A stretch of 64,000 nt of DNA from assembly GCF_000315625.1 (NCBI RefSeq), contig NW_005434635.1:1-64000 (forward strand), written 5' to 3'. This DNA is from Guillardia theta CCMP2712 (taxonomy: Eukaryota; Protista; Cryptophyta). The position numbers and the translations under genes were made by a program. The notes below the pieces were generated by a model. The model saw only the letters and a list, made by a program, of their open reading frames with translations, had not been told where the DNA came from and ran no database searches. Shown one piece after another: positions 60,896 to 64,000 of this stretch (positions within the stretch are counted from its first letter, which is position 1; each line of letters opens with the position of its first letter).

Positions 60896-63061
60896 TACAA
60901 CCTTTGAGTCTGGACATCTGCCAACAGTGGAAGAGCTTGACTGGCTCGTCAGGAGTCGAGGCATCTCATCGAGACATCTCGAGTGTTGGATCATGTCGGA
61001 CAGAGAGTGTATCAGCTGTTCTCTGACGCTCTGCTCGGAACTCCTCCTGAGTCACAGCTGTCAGTCTCCTTGCTTCCTCTTTGTCAAGATACTTCTTCAT
61101 CGTCTTGAACTCGTCGCTGTCCTTCAGCAGCTGTTCAAGGCCCTCGACGTCCATGTCGCCCACTAGCAGGTGGTCTGTGTAGCTTGCCAAGCCCCTGTGA
61201 TGTGGTCAGTTTTGAGCGCATTACGATGGCGAAAATGAAAGAGAGAGGAGGGAGAGGAAGAAGAAGTTGGCAAGGGAGGACGGTGAGGAAAAGGAGGAGG
61301 AGGAGGGGAAGTTGAAAAATCAAAGAGCACAGCAAAAGCATTGCAACAAGTTCGAACCCAGGATCAGCTTCTCTTCTCAGAATCGTGAGATAAGCGTGCT
61401 TCACATGATCTTCGATGCTCGCCCTCATCTCTTGGATCCCCTGAAGGTATCAAACCTCCCCATCAGCTCCTTGACGCCTCCACCAGCTCGCCGCTCACCT
61501 TCCTCATCTCCTCCTCATCTCCCTTTCTGCCTCTTGATCTCCCTCCCATCAGTTGCCCCTGGCGTGCCCACCACCATTATCAGCCATCCCAGCATCGCTT
61601 GTATATGCAGCAACTACCATCAACTCTGCAGCATCAACCCCAAACATGACGAGCAGGTAAGAAACTCCTGCAGCCGACACTCTCAGTCCTGCCCCTCAAC
61701 GTCTTCCGCTACCTCCACAGAGCCTCCCTCCTTGACCACAGGCGATCCTGTTGAGCCCGTCCTCCCTGGAGCAGGTGGGAGAGAGGACACGAGGAACGGA
61801 TCCGTCCGATAGGCAGAAGAACAACTTCTTGTCATGCAGGCAGACCTCACCCGGGCCTCTGCCGCCGTGGCGCTCGCAGGCTCTCGCTCCTCCCTCTGCA
61901 AACTTCACGCAGTCAAGCTCTCCTCCTGGCAGTAGCAGAAGAGGTACGTTGTGTCTCCTAACACCTGAGATCGCCCTGGGATCGAGCAGCTCCTGTGACA
62001 GCCTGAGGTCCTCCGACCCGTCCAGACCCTCAACAATCCTCCTCGCCATCATCAGCGCTACTGCTGCCAGACCCCGACACACGACCCTCTCTGCAGCGGA
62101 TGGCACTGCTGCTGGGGAGGAACAGGCTGAAAGCTCAGGTCCGCTCCAGTTCCCACCTGGAAGCAACCACTGCGTCCAAGGGCACTGTCAACAAACCCGA
62201 ACACACGCGAGCATGTGTACGTGCCTGGAGCAGGGGAGGAGGAAGAGGAGCTGCTTCTTCTACTTGCCTTGCGACCTCATCCCCATGGATGTCCTTGTAG
62301 GCCTGCATCACTTGCCCTGCCGCCGTGACCTGAAAGTGGAAACAACCGACGGCATCATGGAAAGAGGACGATGTCAAGGAGGGAGGAGGGAGGGAGGTGG
62401 GAGGGAAGGGGAAGGAAAAGGAAAGAAACTGGGGAGGGAGGAGGAGGAGGGAGGAGGGAGGAGGGAGGAAGCGGAGAGGGAGCGGAGAGGGAGGAGCGAG
62501 CGAGCGAGCGAAAGAGGAGGAAGAGGTTCGTTGACTTGGTTTACCAGGAGAGATGTTGGAGTCTTGACTCGTCGTGGATTTATAGTCTGAAAAGTCTTCC
62601 CCGTCACCTTCATATGAGCAAGTGCTTGTCACGATACCAGTACCGGCGCTTTCATAGCAACGTCTTCCTGTGAGGGAGTCATGGGAAGGTGCTTGGAGAG
62701 AAGAACATGACTCACCGCATGGCGAGGAGCAGGAGATAGCGTGCTGGTCAACAGCTGCTGCTTCTGACATTTTCAACCAGTCCGTCAAGTCCGTCAGGCC
62801 CTTACCGGAGGAGAGTTCCGCATGTTCCTGTCGTCGACCGACTCGCTCAATCTTGTCCACAGCCAAAGGTTGATCGTCAACACCAAAACGCTCCCTTGGT
62901 TGTTACAGGAAGTCACTAGTGATAGTTTTGAAAACTCGGCACTGGTGCCCTTCACAGCAAAAGCGATCATTACCTGCTATCAGTAGTGGGAGAATCTTCT
63001 TTGCAAGAGAATTGGATGAAGCATTGGATCTTCTCCTAGAGCTCCCTTGGACAGAGAGCAT
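58667..63061 (-). CDS. MGAT2 (GT16)-like N-acetylglucosaminyltransferase, type II membrane, with DUF4214-like stem repeats, many exons
   Basis: Catalytic exon has VYDRPNYL, LLIVSLD, KEHW, LLLEEDH, DGWDWSI and SRISNIG. Upstream exons splice to an N-terminal TM anchor KKILPLLIA|GSVLVLTINLWLW. The stem includes VKHAYLTILRREADPG|GLASYTDHLL...LLKDSDEF. The upstream exon chain is less certain than the catalytic domain. Confidence 0.75.
60666..60895. repeat. Compound microsatellite (ATCTCC)n-(CTC)n-(ATC)n-(GTC)n-(ATC)n in an intron of the MGAT2-like gene
   Basis: Directly visible runs. Confidence 0.92.
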
Positions 63062-64000
63062 TCTTATTCCGATGGCTTCGGGCTCGGGGAGAAGACCAGT
63101 TCTCCGGTCTCACAGCGAAGCTAGAGATGGGGGGAAAGCCTTCCTCTGACGCCATGCATTCTCGCTCTTTGAAGACATGTGGATGGTATTATCACGTGAT
63201 CGACAATATCATTCCCTTCTGCTTCCTCTCAGGCCTCATCTCCTTCTCATCGCAGCATCTTGAGCATGTTCTCTCTGCAGGCGAAAACATACAAGGGACT
63301 GGATAAGCGTGTTATTGCAGCCGGAGGCCCCGCCGGGCGGCGGCCCTCCGCCCGCCCGGCCGGGTTGGCGCTGGCAACTTGATTTGACTGATCGCTGAGT
63401 AAATGATCGCCGGCCGGGCGGCCCGACGCTCCGGTCCCGGCGAGGCCGATTGTTCGTCGGCCCTGAGTAAGGGCCTGACTCATTTTCACGGCCGTCGGAC
63501 CGTGCCCCTGCAACACTGATGGCATGATTGCATGATGTGGCACAGTCGGATGATCGCATCATAAGTGGAGCCGCTGGAATAGCACTGCGATCACTCTAAC
63601 TTAGGCGCATGCTCTTCGGAAGTTCCATGCCCAATTTTGCCGTTCGAGAAATTCTCGCTATGAAGTGATGATCAGGGGATCATCATGAAGTTACCACCGT
63701 ACGGTACTGTTGCTCACCGGGTGTGTGGATCGCACTCTACTACTTCTGTTCCGCCGCTGCCACTGCTGCCACGGTTTAGAGTATTGTCGATGATTAACAG
63801 TGTTGTAAATATGATATCCATATGAGAACCCCAGGTGATGTTCTTGTCCCTGGACTCAGCGGCTATCGCTTAATTCTACTGCCCAGTTGAAGCGAAAGGT
63901 TGTTCGACACCTTCCGATGCTCAGATATGTTCGTGCTGGAATACAGCCAGCGACATAAGGAACCAAAAACATGAAAACCAAGTCATTACACTGATATGCT

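Noticed and set aside
60478-61026. ORFs with poly-S/V/H or poly-M/T/D/E runs
   Set aside because: They are translations of an intronic compound microsatellite.

Overview
Gene-dense eukaryotic nuclear DNA, not prokaryotic. Introns are many and short (mostly about 40-70 nt, GT-AG, often with a CTGAC/CTGAT-like branch motif). Several proteins have a signal peptide followed by a Phe-starting transit peptide. This points to an alga with a complex red-derived plastid, most likely a cryptophyte such as Guillardia (inference). About 23 protein genes could be reconstructed, many invisible in the ORF track because of splicing: BBS9, an ABCB half-transporter, a paralogous membrane-protein pair, a CxxC micro-protein, URI1, plastid YqgF and PrmA, two PDZ proteins, a KIAA1328/hinderin-like protein, a copine-WW fusion, a PKD2-like channel, a TL29/APX4-like pseudo-peroxidase, malic enzyme, an LRGG-motif EF-hand/beta-helix protein, a syntaxin-6-like SNARE, VDL, an RWP-RK factor, a 43-aa repeat protein, a VPS9 GEF, a presequence-bearing beta-NAC and an MGAT2-like glycosyltransferase. 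Two discoveries stand out. (1) The apparent satellite at 1-3668 is a tandem array of near-identical exon+intron units: a fixed 270-nt exon encoding 90 aa of EGF-like repeats, plus a variable-length microsatellite intron. (2) The orphan ORFs at 28.9-33.5 kb splice into one ~1200-aa putatively myristoylated protein ending in a toxin-like R-S-ExE ADP-ribosyltransferase domain. All exon structures were read by eye and need RNA-seq confirmation.
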